Shown here in pieces: positions 63,712 to 64,000 of a stretch of DNA of 64,000 bases. Numbering within the stretch: position 1 is the stretch's first letter; each line of letters begins with the position of its first letter. Made by a program: the position numbers and the translations under genes. Source of the stretch: Cyanophora paradoxa CCMP329 (taxonomy: Eukaryota > Plantae > Glaucophyta); NCBI GenBank assembly GCA_004431415.1, contig QPMI01000689.1, forward strand, positions 50,723-114,722, written 5' to 3'. The notes beneath the pieces are model-generated. The model saw nothing but the letters and a program-made list of their open reading frames with translations, was not told the origin of the DNA and made no database searches.

Positions 63712-64000
63712 ATGTCAATCAAAGATCACACGCAGACAAACAGAGTACGATGTGAGTATATTGCCAATCCAATCCCTCAAGAGGAGAGAGGGGGTCGCAT
63801 TCAGAAAAAGAGTGACCTAAAGCTTTAGTTCCTGCGGATATCCCAACTGCCATTGCTGTGCCCACTTGGATCCCTTAGCAAGGACATTCTATGACACCAA
63901 GGTAGGATTTAAAGGCCTTGCTTCATTGGCCAAAGAGCTTCCAGATGTGCCAAGAAAGACAATCCGTAGATTCTATGATGCCCAAGAAATCAACCAGATA
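63712..64000 (+). pseudogene. rve integrase 5' part, frameshifted and truncated by the window edge
   Basis: ARTFYDTKVGFKGLASLAKELPD..FYDAQEINQI aligns to element 1 AKRFYDVRTGYKGLQAMRAELPD..FYKKQEVVQI. Confidence 0.8.

Larger units (their letters stand above)
37185..64000. mobile_element. Endogenous Polinton-like virus element 2 (opposite orientation; other end outside the window)
   Basis: Begins with an ACACATA hairpin; carries syntenic orthologues of element 1 genes from the virion pair to PolB and rve. Confidence 0.9.

Noticed and set aside
4076-64000. Interpretation as a bacterial prophage (tail-fibre S74, speD, patatin)
   Set aside because: No terminase, portal or HK97 capsid genes. The A32 ATPase, rve integrase, TIRs, spliced SUMO target and Helitron-like insert indicate a eukaryotic PLV.

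Overview
Eukaryotic, GC-rich, intron-containing DNA (1-4075, host not identifiable) carrying two related AT-rich endogenous Polinton-like viruses (PLV/Maverick-type), both integrated into the same small SUMO-like gene. Element 1 (4076-36921) appears complete. It has ~817-bp terminal inverted repeats and a 6-bp target duplication CGGTGA. It encodes an rve integrase, a protein-primed-type PolB, a GIY-YIG nuclease, a RING protein, an AEP primase-SF3 helicase, an A32 packaging ATPase, a putative major capsid protein, two penton-like proteins, a patatin-F5/8C fusion, a giant fibre with an S74 chaperone, and a SAM decarboxylase. Its right TIR is split by a 5.3-kb nest of non-autonomous Helitron/Helentron-like elements (31427-36688). 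Element 2 (37185 to beyond 64000) lies in the opposite orientation just before the expected SUMO di-Gly codons. It shares the structural module but has a different fibre C-terminus and a TVpol-type instead of AEP-type primase-helicase, and it becomes increasingly frameshifted toward the window end. The most striking signals are (i) a terminal hairpin with conserved geometry but different sequence in the two elements (ACACATA, 28-bp stem, bulge, 4-bp GC stem, TTC loop) and (ii) the double insertion into one SUMO gene. All protein assignments come from motifs recognised by eye; no database searches were run.
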